NCBI RefSeq assembly: GCF_009914755.1
Contig: NC_060929.1
Direction: 5' to 3' (one strand)
DNA: 64,000 bases
Origin: the human T2T-CHM13v2.0 reference genome, Homo sapiens
Below are positions 31,017 through 44,621 of the stretch, piece by piece. The position numbers and the translations under genes are program-made. Each line of letters opens with the position of its first letter. The stretch's first letter is position 1. Below the pieces are notes generated by a model that ran no database searches, was not told the origin of the DNA, and was given only the letters and a program-made list of their open reading frames with translations.

Positions 31017-34000
31017 GTAAGTATATGACTGTGTGATGTATTTAAAAAATAGGTTTAACCACACATTTTCTTGAAAAATACCTAAAATTCCTAGTGAAAT
31101 ATAATAGTCACAGGGAAGTATATGCTTCTGTTATGTTTCCATTATTACTTGTGATTGCAGTGTTTAGAGACAAGCATCTCATTAGGTTAAATTAGCATAG
31201 TAAGTGTTGCGTCATCACAACCAGGGCTGGTACTCAGCTGGTTCAGCAGTGTAGCCAACTGTGAGAATATTGCAGTCCTTCAGTAGTGGTTGGTGAACAG
31301 GCATTGCCCTGAGCCTCCCAAATGTCCCCACGCCATCTAGCTATCTTGGTCTTTCCTCCAGACTCCTCTCTTCCCCGCCCCTTCGGCCCCCAAACCCCTT
31401 CCCTTAGATCCAGCAACTAAAATGTGAATGCTGGGCACAGCCAATCTCTTCCAGCACCTGGCTTTCTCCATGCCCATTGGCCCTGCTCTCCCACTTACTA
31501 ACCCCGTGACTGCCATCGTGTGCCTTCTGCCAGACAAGGGATACCATCCTGATGCCTAATGTTGACAGAAGATTCTTTCTTATTTTTACTATAGTAGCTT
31601 CTAAAGACAGTGTATGAAACTATTTTTGTAGTGTGTTAGAGTAATCTAATTGCTAGCATATAGATAATAAGAAGGCTTGAAGAAGTCTCTATGTTCCCAA
31701 TCAATTTGAACTGTATTACAAATTTCATGAAAACCTATTGGTTTGTCCAGCAGCTTCTCAATGCTGTTACCTGAGATGCTTGAGATTCTCTTAAAGAACC
31801 TGAGAAATAAGTGGGAAGGTGGGGACCATTTTGTTTAACCTGTGGGATGGTGAGGGCCATGTAGGAACAGGAAACAAATTCACATCTTTATAGAAACCAA
31901 TGCTTCTTTAAAACCAAAGACCTAAAAGAAAAGCAAATTCTGCTTCTTGGATGATATTACCGGACAGATGTCCTGCTGACTGATCATGAAGTAGATAATA
32001 TAAATACAACTACCTTGTTTTTTAGGACGAGGTAGCATATGGATTCAGATCCTGTAATGCTCAACTTAGAGCGCGCCTGGAAATATGATTCTTTCCCTCT
32101 TGTCTCATATGACCTCCTGAGGCATTATCTGTGCTACCCATAGACAACATTTACCATTAAGTGAGGTATTAGGAATGCAATCCACCAAATGGCAGAATGA
32201 AGACAGTTACAACCTAGCTCTTCTTGGTGGAATGTGTTTGGCTATACTGATACTATTTCTTAAATGTGTTAACCTGACATGTAACTGCATTCATAAATGA
32301 CAGCTAAGCCCTTGGTGGTATCAGAGAGCAAAAGAGAAAGCATCATTTTATCCTTGAAGAGTCAGGTGCACCCTACTGTTCATACACTCCTGAGTTACAT
32401 CTATCTGACAATAGCCCATGTGTCACAAATATCTTATAGTTAACACTGTAGGAAATTGAAGCATTTGGCTAGGGATATACAGATATCTGGATTTCCTAGC
32501 TCCCATCCTAGAATTTTAGAAAGTTTTCCTCAAGCTAGTACAAGTGAGATTCTCCACTCCTTGTGCCCTTTAGAAAACACTTCTTCCCTAGGTGCTTGTC
32601 TTGCTGCATGTTACAGAAAACGTGATGAATTTGGAAGTAGCCAGAAGATAAGCAGTTAAAGTAGCAAGAGGATGGAGTAGTGGGTCCCTACAAGACAGTT
32701 TTGCTTTGTTTTTGTTTTTATAAAGGACTCAGCTGGAAATTGGGGCAGAGCCCAAACCTACAAAATGTGTTAAGAAAAAGTAGATGTGTTCACTAAGTCT
32801 TAGAATACTGAGTCTAGGAGGAATCTCTTGAACATCAAAGAAGGCAAATTCAAAAGGAGCAAACAACCAAGACAGTGAACATGTGGACCTGCAGGCTGAA
32901 GTTCCAAATAGGAAGCAGCTTTAAAATCTCTTTATCACAATGCAATCCCTGGATAATAGAATCAGCACAAAATGGATACGGTGTAACAATACAGCTAAGC
33001 ATGGCAGCTCCTTTCATCTTCTCCTACATTAGAGGTCTTCAACTCCTAATGCCTGTAGGCATTGGGCAGAAATGTGATTGAGTGAATGTGATAGGGTCAG
33101 AAGCAATGAGACAATAGAAAGTTGTAGGGACTGTAGTGAAAAGTGAGTCTGTGCCCTGTCTCAAAGATGTCAGGGATTACTTGGCTATAGCCAGTGTTTT
33201 AAAATGAGAATATGGGCCCAGGATTGCTCATCTTCTGCTTTCCCCAAGAACCCAGAAATGTAAAGTTTTTAAAAAGTGAAATCCTCTAGTATTTAAATGC
33301 TGAGAACTGATTTTTAAACTTTGTTTGTTAAATGCCGTGGCACAAATAAAACATCTCTGCAAGCTGGGTTAGCCCTTTGCATTACTAGTGTTTGACATCT
33401 ACCTCCAAGGCAGACATGGTACTTCCATTCCTGGAGAGTTAATTTGAATGTTTGTTCATCTCCAGTGTTTGTGCGTGGTTAGTATGAATACCGATGGACA
33501 GGTTCCCATGCCCCCTGGTCTGATGGTGATCGAATGAATGCTACTTTCCTTGCACTTACCTGTTCTTCACTTTGAAAAGATCTTACCCTGCCACCTCCCC
33601 TCCCCTGCAACACTAACCAACTGGTTCAAATAATTGCACTCTTGCTCATGTCTTAAGCAAGTAAACCTACTCTGCCTTTTTACATACAGAGGCTGTTTAC
33701 CTTGTCAGCTGAGGAAGCTATAAAGTACATTGCACATTGCATCAGGGAAACAGATAAGGGAGTAGGTCCATAATAGAATAAGCCAGATTAACAATGCTCC
33801 AAGGATCTCCCTAATTAGAGAGGGCAGTATTCCAACAACTCTGCCATGGGGCTGCTTTTGCTTCCATTTTCAGAGGCTGAGCACAGGCTGTATAGACTAG
33901 TGGTCTTGTCCCATTATATTTTTACTCTCATGCTACTCTGAGAAGCGTGGGGTGAGGAGGTACTCTGGGTCACCATGGCACACAGCCTCTGATATGGCCA

Positions 34001-34832
34001 AGCTGTATGATGCTGGGAAAGCCGACAAGCCAGCACCAAGGAGTCAGCAGTGAGGGAACAGTGGCATGTTCTGGATAAAGGCGTCGCTCAGTCCATGATG
34101 GTGAAGCAAAACCACACACTGCAACCAGCTCTGTAAACACTGGTGGAAGCCACAGACCAAAGAAGAATTCTTCATATTATCCCCCAAACTGTTCATCTTG
34201 AAGTCATTCTTTTGGCCATTCTTTCAACTACATCTACCTACCAAGCATCATCAGTGTGCTGTTCCTCTTTGAATCCCCAGTGTTTAGAAAAAGACATTGG
34301 AGGATCACAGTAGATGTTGGTAGAAGAGGTGGTTTAATCATGGCGTACATGCCAAATTTTAGACTTTCTTCCTATTACCCTGTGGTGGACTTATGTGAAA
34401 CTAGTCCTACCAACATTTATTGAGTGCCTACTCTATGCTTGGCTATGTGCTAGGTGCATGAAGATGAATGAGACCCATTCCCACCCACCAAGGGCTCATC
34501 TGCTTGGTGAGAAGAGGCAAGAACTTGTAGACCATTTTGTTGCTGTGACCCACATGACAGTAGCAAAAAGGATTGGTTACGCCTGGGGAATCAAAGGTCT
34601 TGCCACTTATTCGTATCTTTTGTAGTCACTTTTATAGTCCATGGGCTGGGCTTCTGAGTTTCTGGGCTTCTGTTCCGTCACCTTATTGAAAGAGTATTGC
34701 AAGTCTAATGGACTTTTTAGGGCCTCCCTCCTTCTCAGTCTCTTTGACATTTGACATAGTTTCCTATCTCATGCTCTCTTAGAAAAACTTCTCCTGCCTT
34801 GACTATGGCATTTTGATATTTTTCTTCTCTGA

Positions 34833-35161
<329 letters not shown>

Positions 35162-35388
35162 TAAACCACCAATTCTTAAGGATGAGCATGCCTATAATTC
35201 CTCTTTTTCCATCCTCTCTTTTCCATACCGTCTCCATTGGAGATTGTATCAACTTCTACAGCTCTTTTGAAAAGATTGGAAGTGGAGAAAGGTTTACCTA
35301 GTACTCTTGCTTCCTTTAGCTCATGTTTTACGGAGCCTTACTTTAGCTAGGATGCTGTTTCATCTGCTCACCTTCCTATTTTATGTAG

Positions 35389-35567
35389 GATCAGAAGCCA
35401 TCAGTTATTTCCCTTCAAAAGCTTATTGCTAGAGAAGTTGCTAATGAGGAGAGAGGAATGTTTCTGATCAGTGCTTCATCTGCTGGTCCTGAGATGTATG
35501 AAATTCACACCAATTCCAAGGAGGAACGCAATAACTGGATGAGACGGATCCAGCAGGCTGTAGAAAG
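35389..35567 (+). CDS. ARHGEF28: ARHGEF28 exon w13, PH domain ([21 protein letters not shown]...[10 protein letters not shown])
   Basis: atgtag|GAT acceptor, AAG|gtaaca donor; conserved PH C-terminal helix Trp. Confidence 0.95.
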
Positions 35568-36533
35568 GTAACATTTCCTTCCGTCCATAATCTATGGAAC
35601 AGAGTTGTTCAACTGGGGAAAATATTCTAACCATGTCTTCCTGCATGAAAACTTTGCCTCTGCCAGAATGGTCTGCCCCCTGCCCCCTGCACCTGCCTGC
35701 GATAGCCCCCCATCTGCAGCTTTCTCCTCCACGCCTCCCTGCATGTAATGCCTGCACCTCCCTCTGCCTGTGTGCACCCTGCCGGGCGTTGATGCAGCTC
35801 GGGCCTCCCCTCCTCCATGAGGACCCCTTCAGTCCTGGTGATCTCTTTCTTGCCTGAAATTCTTTAACACCTGCTCACTAAAGCATTTACTTGATGCTTC
35901 TTATATACTGCCTTGTAGCTATTATCTTTTTTATGTACATATGTGTGTGTTTATTTAATTAGATTGGAAGCTCCTCGAGGGCAGGGTTCATGTCTTATGT
36001 TTCTCTGTGTGCCTAGTGCTGAGAAATCATTCAATAAATGTTTCTGAATTGGTGGATCTAAGTATTCTAAGTCAATTTATTCCTCATTACTTGTGCAAGG
36101 ACAGTTTTTATAATTGGGAGCACAAGGGTGGGGGTGATCATTCTCAACAGTAGTTTGATTAGTTAGATCCTGAAGTTATATAAAATTTCTCTACCTCTAC
36201 TGCACCCCATCTGCCCTGGCACCCCACTTCTATCCTTTACAATTCTTATACTTTATTCCCATTATGGGTGTGTGTGGTGAGTGTATGTTTGTGTTCACTG
36301 GAATATTTGAGTCATCCCACACCACCGATTTTGAGAGCCATGTAATGTTATGCAAGATTCTTTGTATTCTCAAGAAAACCAAGTCTCTGGCCAGGGGGGA
36401 TGATGCATTCCCTTTATGCTGAAATTTTCTCCTTTATGAATAAATCTATTGCCAAGTTCCCATGTTTTTCTAATGAATCTACAGATACTTGCATTTGGTT
36501 TCAGTTGTGTCTCTTGACTATTGTCTTTTAAAG

Positions 36534-36625
36534 TTGTCCTGAAGAAAAAGGGGGAAGGACAAGTGAATCTGATGAAGACAAGAGGAAAGCTGAAGCCAGA
36601 GTGGCCAAAATTCAGCAATGTCAAG
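36534..36625 (+). CDS. ARHGEF28: ARHGEF28 exon w14 (CPEEKGG...KIQQCQ)
   Basis: tttaaag|T acceptor, AAG|gtacag donor, phase 2 to 1. Confidence 0.9.
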
Positions 36626-37019
36626 GTACAGTGCAGGCACTTCTGGCTCCCTGGTCGTGGTGTTCTCCTGGGTGTTGGGAAAGCCTGAGTGTCATGAACA
36701 GGAGGTTATAACTACATGATTCATCCTGTGCACCTGAGGCCCACCTGGACCACCCTCCCGAGAAACTTACACTAGAAATGCTCAAATAAGATGACATTCT
36801 CTTCACTTCCACCTTAGTGATTAAAATGGATGTAAAAAATGCACATAACATATATGAAACAACAGCTGTGGGCAGTGTGGTGCAGATGAATGTTGGAATT
36901 ATTTGTCTCATGGTTTAATTTTAGGTCTCAGCACTGTCATGTCAATGACTTTGGACAAGGAACCCAACAGATCTTGTCCCCAGTTTGCAAGTGTGTGAAA
37001 GAAGGAGATTAGACTAGCT

Positions 37020-37198
37020 CAGTGATTCTCTACTCTGGTTGGACACTGGAATCAGTTGAGAGGTCTTTAAAAATACGGATGCCTGGGCCTCACCCTCCAC
37101 CGATTGAATCCGAATCTGTGGCAGGTGGGATGTAGACTTTGGGGTTTTCAGCTCTCCCAAGGTGACTTTGAAGCACAGAGGGGACTGAGAATTCCTGG
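37020..37198. mobile_element. MER5-type (hAT-Charlie)
   Basis: cagtgattctc...ggaatcagttgagagg...gactgagaattcctg. Confidence 0.65.
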
Positions 37199-37729
37199 AT
37201 TCAATGCTAGTTAAGGTCCCTTTGAGCTTTAAGAATTCTGTAACATGTTGAAATCTGAGGACAATGATGCATGCAAAGATGGGCAAAGAAATTGGATGTT
37301 TAGAAACAAAAACTTAAACCAGTATGTTTGGTTTAGCCTGTGCCGTTCCAGGCATTTGTATTGTTCACTCATCATGGACAGGGCCGCCTCAATTTTCATT
37401 CCTAAGCTTAATGTTTAGTCTTAATAGAAAACAGCCTGAACAAACAAAGAATAGCTTTGCAAATTTTCTGGAAGTAGGGGACTGAGAAAGGAACCTTATT
37501 TACAGAAAAGACAATGGAAGCTGAGAAAGTTGTTAAGTCACTTGCTGGAGGCCACAGTCACTAAGTGGCATGGTCAGGACTGAGACCTGCATCTGCCCCA
37601 CTCATCAACCTGGGTTTTCTCTTGGAGGTCATACTGCTTGCTAATTAGCAACATCTTTTTCGTGGACTTTCACATTAGTGGTTGTATTCATGTTAGTGAT
37701 AATCTTCTATGGTAAATACTATTTCATAG

Positions 37730-37912
37730 AAATACTCACTAACCAAGACCAACAAATTTGTGCGTATTTGGAGGAGAAGCTGCATATCTATGCTGAACTT
37801 GGAGAACTGAGCGGATTTGAGGACGTCCATCTAGAGCCCCACCTCCTTATTAAACCTGACCCAGGCGAGCCTCCCCAGGCAGCCTCATTACTGGCAGCAG
37901 CACTGAAAGAAG
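37730..37912 (+). CDS. ARHGEF28: ARHGEF28 exon w15 (EILTNQDQQ...AAALKE)
   Basis: ttcatag|AA acceptor, AAG|gtaaac donor, phase 1 to 1. Confidence 0.93.
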
Positions 37913-37944
37913 GTAAACTGCTGTGAGAAGGGTTTGGGTCGACA

Positions 37945-38600
37945 CGTTCAGAAAATGTTTATTGAACACCTGCTAAGTGCCATGCACTGTGGTCTTGGTG
38001 CTGAGGATACAGCAGAACAAGACAAGGTCCTTACTCGGCTGGAACTTATATTTCTAGAAATAGCCAAATATAAAGAAAGAAATATGTCAGGTTGTATCAA
38101 GTGCTATGAAGAAAAATAAGCAGGATAAGGGAGAGAGAGGGTGATGGAGTTGGGATCGCTCTGTTTTAGATAGGGTGGCCAGGGAAGGCCTCTTTGATAT
38201 AATGATATGTAAGTGGACATGAAGGAAGAAAGCTAAGTGGTATCTTGAGGGAGAGTCTTCCAGGCGTAGGGAATGGCCGGCACAAAGGTCCTGGTGCATG
38301 GAAGTGCCAGGCTCGCCTGAGGAGCAGGCAGGGGGACAGCACAGGCTGAGGGAAGGGAGGGTGGGGTGAGCAGTGCAGGCGATGAGTCCAGGGTTCACTA
38401 GGTCTCAGGTTGCATGGCGGGAGAGAAGGACTTGGAATTTCATCCTGAGTGGGATGGGAAGCATTAGAGAATTTTGAGTGGAGGAGGGACTTGACTTGTG
38501 GTTTGAAAGGTACCTCCTGACTGCTGTGTGGAGAATAGACTTAAGAGGGTGAAGTGCAGATGTTGGTAATAACAATGGGAGATGGTGGCCGAGGTTGGGT
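37945..38600 (-). mobile_element. L2 LINE fragment
   Basis: atgtttattgaacacctgctaagtgcc... antisense L2 3' end; boundaries approximate. Confidence 0.65.
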
Positions 38601-38962
38601 GAAGGGCAAGGTCATTGGAGATGAGAAAGTCCAGAGGATGAGAGGCCAGGGTGGTGGAAGGACTAAGTTTATAGAATTGAAAATACTGAGAATTTTGACA
38701 GGATTAGCGCTAGTGGGAGGGGGAGAACTTGTGCTGTGTGCTAACTCATTCAGGGAAGGCAAACGAGTGGCTGAAGGTCTATAGAGGAAAGGCAACAATG
38801 AGCGGTAGTGAGTGGTTGTAACCTGAGGGCAGCGGCTTCAAGGCAGAAAGGAGTTGAAGGGAGAGATGGAGATAATGGTCTGAAGTGACAGTGGGACAAA
38901 GGGCTTGGGAGATAAACCAGCCACCTCCTGAGAGAGTAGCAGGAAATGCTGTTGTACAGAAG

Positions 38963-39178
38963 AAGGGCTGGTAAATTACAGACCACGGACTACACACATC
39001 CCACAACCTGCTTTCGTAAGTTTAGTTTTACCGGAACTTAGCCACATCTGCTTGTTTATGTGTTGCCTCTGGCTACTTTTTCCTACAGTGGCAGAGATGA
39101 GCAGTTTTGACAGACTGTTTAGTCCACAAAACCTAAACTATTAACTGGCTCTTTGCAGAAAATGTTTGCCAGCCTCTG
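38963..39178. mobile_element. MER58A-type (hAT-Charlie)
   Basis: gggctggtaaattac...aaatgtttgccagcctctg terminal inverted repeats. Confidence 0.7.
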
Positions 39179-39319
39179 GTTTAGAATTTCAGAATATTAG
39201 CTCTGGAAGAGAATTTAGAAATCTTAGAATCAGCCATCTTTATTTCCCAGTTGAGGAAACTGAGGTCTTGAGAAGGGCATAGAGGTCTGAAGTAGGGTTC
39301 ACTGATAGAACCCCTCATC

Positions 39320-40030
39320 CATCTGTTTATCAGATATCCATTGAGCATCTATCTTGTACTGTTGCTGGTGCTAGGGAGGCAGTAATGCTTTTGTAAAACT
39401 TTTAGTGAGGAAAGACAGACAATACTTACGGAAAAAAGAGAACTTTGGATAGTTATCTATCCCAAAGATAATGGGATTGTGGTAAGATGAAGGCTTTACT
39501 TCAGAGAGATTAGCCTAAAGACCTCTTTTTGAGATGAGGATTGAGAAATGAGAAGCCAGCTGTCTCAAAAGCTTGGGGAGGATCATCTTGGGCAGAGAGA
39601 AGGAAGTGCAAAGCCCCTGAGGCTGCAGTGAGCTTCACGTGTTTAAGGAAAGAAGGGAGGCCAGAGTAGCAGATGTCAGCGGGGGTCACCGTTAGATGAG
39701 GTGGTGTGGGCCAGGCAGACTGGGATCAGATCATTGTAGGCTGTGTTTAAATAATTTTAGAAGAGGATGTTATTCCAAATATGATGGAAAGCACTGGAAG
39801 CTTTTAATCATGGGTGTGGCATGATCTTATTTATGTCTTAAAACACTGGCTGCTGAATGGACAAGAGATTAGGAGACAAATCTGCCTGGAGACCTGTTAG
39901 GATGTGATCACAGAAGTTAAGATGAGCCTTGGTCTAGACCAGTGCCATTGACAATGGGAGCAGAGAGAAGAGGCCGAGGCAAGATATATTTTAGAAATAA
40001 AGTCAAGAAGAAACTTCCAAGTGGGTTGAC
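39320..40030 (-). mobile_element. L2 LINE fragment
   Basis: atatccattgagcatctatc... antisense L2-like; boundaries approximate. Confidence 0.55.
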
Positions 40031-41025
40031 AAGAAGCAGTGACCTCCCTCATTGTCTTTGATAAAGGCTTGATGAAATAAATCGCCCACTCTCAGTATCA
40101 GCCAGTGGCTTTAACTTTCTCCCCCACCAAAACTTTCACTAACGCTGGGTTGTACGCCCATCTGCTTCCATTCCCCTGGCACACCGTGACAGAGGTGCCG
40201 GGGCAGCGGCGGACCCAGCTGCTTAGAACCCAGAGCAATGGAGGTGCTGCGTGAGCCGCAGTTGGATAATCCACCCTGGGTCACTGACCATCCAGCCCCA
40301 TTTGCAGCCGAAAGATGGAGCAGGAGTTCTTATCAGAGTGAGGGAGTTATCTTCCGACAAAAAGCCAGTTCAGTAGTGCACCTTGAATCGTCTTCCTGGG
40401 ACTTCACTCTGCTGGACAGCTTTTCCTCCTTCCTTTCTTTTCTTCTGTCTCTTCCTCTTGAAACCCATCCATCCTTCCAGGTCCTGCTCAGTTTTCACCT
40501 CCTGTAAAAACATATTCCGAATCCTAATAGATAATAGAATGCTCTTCCTCCTCCATGCTGCAGTAGCATTTATAATGCTCTAATAATGCTGATGGAGATG
40601 AGTGCTGATCACATGCTTCTGTATGGTCTAGTGGGTTGTGTATGTCTCTTTCCTCCTCCAATCTGTAAACTCCCCTCTTAGTTGTCAAATGCCCAATATC
40701 CCCTAGAACAGGTGCTTATTTAAAATACAGATCCTGTTTTCTCCTCCAGAGAATCAAATCCAGTAAGTCTGGAGCCAAAGACTGGGAATCTGTATTTCTA
40801 AAGATAAGTGTAGGGAAATACTCTTTTGAGGAATAGCTAATATTTCTGGGCAACAGGTTTTAAAATTTTAATGCCTGGTATATTTATACTAACTGAATGA
40901 CAGGAAGTTTTTAGGCATACCAGTTTACTGAAAGTTGCATTTGAGATATTTTAATATAATGGTTTATAGTTTTCTATTGAGTTAATTCTCTGTCGTAAAA
41001 TGATGCTAAAAGTATTGGTCTAGAT

Positions 41026-41235
41026 TGAAGATCTGCAAACTTTTCCTATAAAGGGCCAGATACTAAGTATTTTGGGTTTTGTAAATCACACAGTCTCTGG
41101 GGTGTGTGTGTGTGGTGTGCGCGCGTGCGTAGGCACATGCCCATGTTTTGACAACCTTTAAAAATGTAAAAATCATTTTTAGCCCCTGGGTCCTATAAAA
41201 ACAGGGACAGGCCAAATGCGATTTGCCAATTCCTG
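41026..41235. mobile_element. MER58-type (hAT-Charlie) with 8-bp TSD
   Basis: gcaaacttttcctataaagggccagat...tttgccaattcctg; gtctagat on both flanks (41018-41025, 41236-41243). Confidence 0.7.
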
Positions 41236-41298
41236 GTCTAGATTAAATATATACCTATCTTTGTTTTTTAGATTTATTTTTGTTTTTCTCCATCTTAG

Positions 41299-41430
41299 CT
41301 GAGAGCCTACAAGTTGCAGTGAAGGCCTCACAGATGGGCGCCGTGAGTCAATCATGTGAGGACAGTTGTGGAGACTCTGTCTTGGCGGACACACTCAGTT
41401 CTCATGATGTACCAGGATCACCGACTGCCT
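41299..41430 (+). CDS. ARHGEF28: ARHGEF28 exon w16 (AESLQVAVK...PGSPTA)
   Basis: catcttag|CT acceptor, CCT|gtaagt donor, phase 1 to 1. Confidence 0.92.
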
Positions 41431-42274
41431 GTAAGTGAAAATGCAGGCCTTGGCAATGAGCCTGAGCACAGTCCCTGGAGCTTACAGTGGTCACGTAAAG
41501 TAAAGGCAATGACTGTCTCTGGTTGAAGGGGACTTGATATATTTTTTTAAATTAGAAAAAAACTGAGAATAAATATGCTAGCCTAAATGAATATCATAGG
41601 CATATAATAATGACACTGGGGTTTCAAGTATGAGGATCTAAAGAGTAGTTGGTGGGTTATACTGCTCTGTTTGCCGGCCAAATATCGGACCTTCCCCAAC
41701 CCCTACCCTGCCTCATTTTTGATATGATTTATTCATTACAGTTTTGAAAGAACTTTTTAACTTTTCAGGTTTTTTAAAAAAGGAGTCCCTGCGGTCAATT
41801 ACAGAACAAGCCCTTAAACCTAATCTCATGTGCATCAACTGAGAAAACAACTCAGAAAACCAGAAATATACACACGGCTCCCTCCGTCTCCCTCCTTTCT
41901 CTCTCCCTCTCTCTTTCTCTCTCTCTCACACACACGAAGTTTGGTGGTATGGTTAAAGCAGAAGTGCCAGAAAATTCTTGATCTGTGCCATCCTACACTT
42001 TAGTTCATGTCAGAATTCATTTATGAAAACATTGTTTCAAAACATTTTAAATATAAAAAAAAATAGAATGTAGAGATTTGGTTTAGGTAATTTCCCCGAA
42101 CCTAGCTATCCTGTTATATGTATAGTTGTAGGCTACTTAGTTCCATAAAGGTTTCTAAGATAAGAGCATAAAGAGTATACTTTTCATCCTGTGCAGGTGG
42201 TAACAACCTTACTTCCACAAGGTCTTATGTGCGTAAGATAAAATGGATAAAATGTCTTCAGTAGTTAGAGATCA

Positions 42275-42318
42275 GAAGATTAAATTGAACTCAAGATTGG
42301 AAGATTAAATTGAACTCA
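42275..42318 (+). repeat. 19-bp direct repeat, period 25
   Basis: gaagattaaattgaactca at 42275-42293 and 42300-42318. Confidence 0.9.
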
Positions 42319-44520
42319 GAACTTCTTTAACAACATCCCTTGATTAATTAAGATATATAGATGCAGTATAGCTTTTTAATTCTATACTTCTTTTTTTTTT
42401 CTTTTTTAAACATCAGCACCACTAATTATCTTCCTCTCTCAAGTTCTGCTTTATCTAATCCTGAGTTTCTAGTTTCAGAATGCGCACGTATGTTTTTCAT
42501 TTTGACACAGCCCAGATTCATCAGGGGAGTTGTACTGCCCTGGGTGATTTCCTTTTAAAAGAAGAACCTCATTATGCCATTGAGGAGTCTCTGTCTAAAA
42601 ATACGTGCAGGGATCTGCTGAGGGATCTGCTGCTCTCAGCCTCGCCCCAGGGACAGCTGGAGAGGCTCCCCTCTGCAGCTGCCCGAGCCCGCGGTCGTGC
42701 CTTCCCTCCCTTCAGGCCAGGCAGTGAAGGTCTCCTTGTCTGTATCCACATCTCTCATGACTGGGGAGAGTTTCAAAGGGACACCCGTGGCATTTGCCAG
42801 AACCATTGAGAGGCTCTTTAGAGGGGTCTGATGTCGGGATTCAGGTAGAGGAAGTACCGAAGCTGGCTGGTGGGGTCCTGTACCCCAAGGCCTCTTCAGT
42901 TCTGGGTCAGACTGGAACATGGTGCTATGAGAGTTTGATTCTCTTTATAAAGTTGTTCAAGGCACAAGGCTAGTTCTAAATGAAGGTCTACAACTGTGAC
43001 TGAATGGGTCGGTTCTGCAAATGACTTGGAGAACTGGGCTCTTCTTCATCAGGCTTATGTCAGCCTGAGGTTATAAGCCAAGCAGACAGCTCTATTTTCA
43101 GTCTTCAGTATACATGATGAGTATCTTCTACTTCTAGGAAAGTTCTGTTCACTGGAGACCCTCTGGCCCACCCTGAAATTGGATACAGGGACAGGGACCT
43201 GATCTGTGTTTTATTCTTCTGCCTTGTCATCAGCTTCTTTCCCATTTGATTTTCCTAATTTCTATGAGGGAGTGAGAAACAGAGTGGTGAATTCTTTAGT
43301 GATGCCTTTGGCCACTCTTTAAGAGTTAGGAATAGCACCCAATAGTAGAACCATTTTTCAAATGACAGAGAAACCTATAAAATGTCCCTCATTGTAAGTG
43401 AATAAGTGCTGATCAGCTTGAACAAAATGGACTTGTTTTTAGCTGATCTCATCTGAAGCCGTTTCCGTTTAGACAAAAACTTCTTTGTATTAGAAGAGGT
43501 CTTTGAAATCCTAGAGGACTCTCATTTTCCAAAGACATAAGTATTTTTATTAAAGAAAAAAGCATTTCCTATATTGGAAATAAAGTTTTAAAAAGACACA
43601 ATAAAAATTATACAAACAAACAGTGTCATAAAGTGAATATCGATTTTGTCAGGGTCTGGATTGGACATGGTTCTAATAAAACACTGTTTTGGGCTTTGAA
43701 AATTCTAGTTTTAATCAGTGCAAGGTGGGCACAGTTTAAGTTTTAACTGAGTTCACATGGGTAAAGAAATAAAATCCTGCCAACAGAGATTTAATGGATG
43801 AAGTGAAATCTGTATTTGGTACTTAAAAATATTTCGGGACTAGTTTCTATGTTTTCATAGTTTAAATACATAGTATTTGTAAATCTAAAGCATAACAAGA
43901 AATGTGAGAAAAACAACACATTTAGAAATTGTTAAAAAATAAGTTATTCAGAGATAGGGACAGGTTCTTGGTTTGTATGACTATGAGACCGTGAAGTATT
44001 AGCCATCTCCGCCTTCCTAGAAAGATGTCTCCCTCCTGCTTCGGACTCCTCCTTCCTCCTAAACCTTGTTTATCGTCTGCTGCTCTTGCACTGGCCACAA
44101 GAGAGACTTTTTACAGACTTAAGTCTGCCAAGAGACCTTGCTTTTGTTCTACAGCACCTGTTTTAAATTTCACCCTTCCCAGGAGGCATTTTCCTATTAA
44201 GTGAGAGTGAGATGTAGATTCTACCCTCTGTAACACAAACGACACACGAACACTTCAGTGCAAGAAAGAAAAGTACAAAGATGGTGATACTTTGTGCGGT
44301 TCGTCAGTTGCTGTCTGTTAGCGTGTAAGCCCCATGTGGGCAGGGACCACATGCATTGCTCTGCGCTCATCCAAGCACCTCATCTAAGAATACTCAATAT
44401 GTATTATTTTGTGGTGTTTCCTATTTTGAAATATGTGTTGGCCGTGTACAGAAGAACCCGGTGGGCTGGCCGATGTTTGACGCTGTCCTTTTTGTTTCTG
44501 TCTCGATGGCGTGCTTCCAG

Positions 44521-44621
44521 CATTAGTCACAGGAGGGAGAGAAGGAAGAGGCTGTTCGGATGTGGATCCCGGGATCCAGGGTGTGGTAACCGACTTGGCC
44601 GTCTCTGATGCAGGGGAGAAG
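44521..44621 (+). CDS. ARHGEF28: ARHGEF28 exon w17 (SLVTGGREG...DAGEK)
   Basis: cttccag|CA acceptor, AAG|gtattg donor, phase 1 to 0. Confidence 0.9.

Noticed and set aside
40190-40270. Small GC/CpG-rich patches (also 42640-42720) as possible enhancers or alternative first exons
   Set aside because: Too short for CpG islands, and I could not support a promoter or splice structure from sequence alone.
41102-41130. Alternating purine-pyrimidine stretch (Z-DNA-like)
   Set aside because: Short microsatellite inside a MER58-type element; common and with no supporting evidence of function.
42275-42318. Direct repeat pair resembling a repeat-spacer unit
   Set aside because: Only two copies with a 6-nt gap in a mammalian intron; simple slippage duplication, not CRISPR-like.
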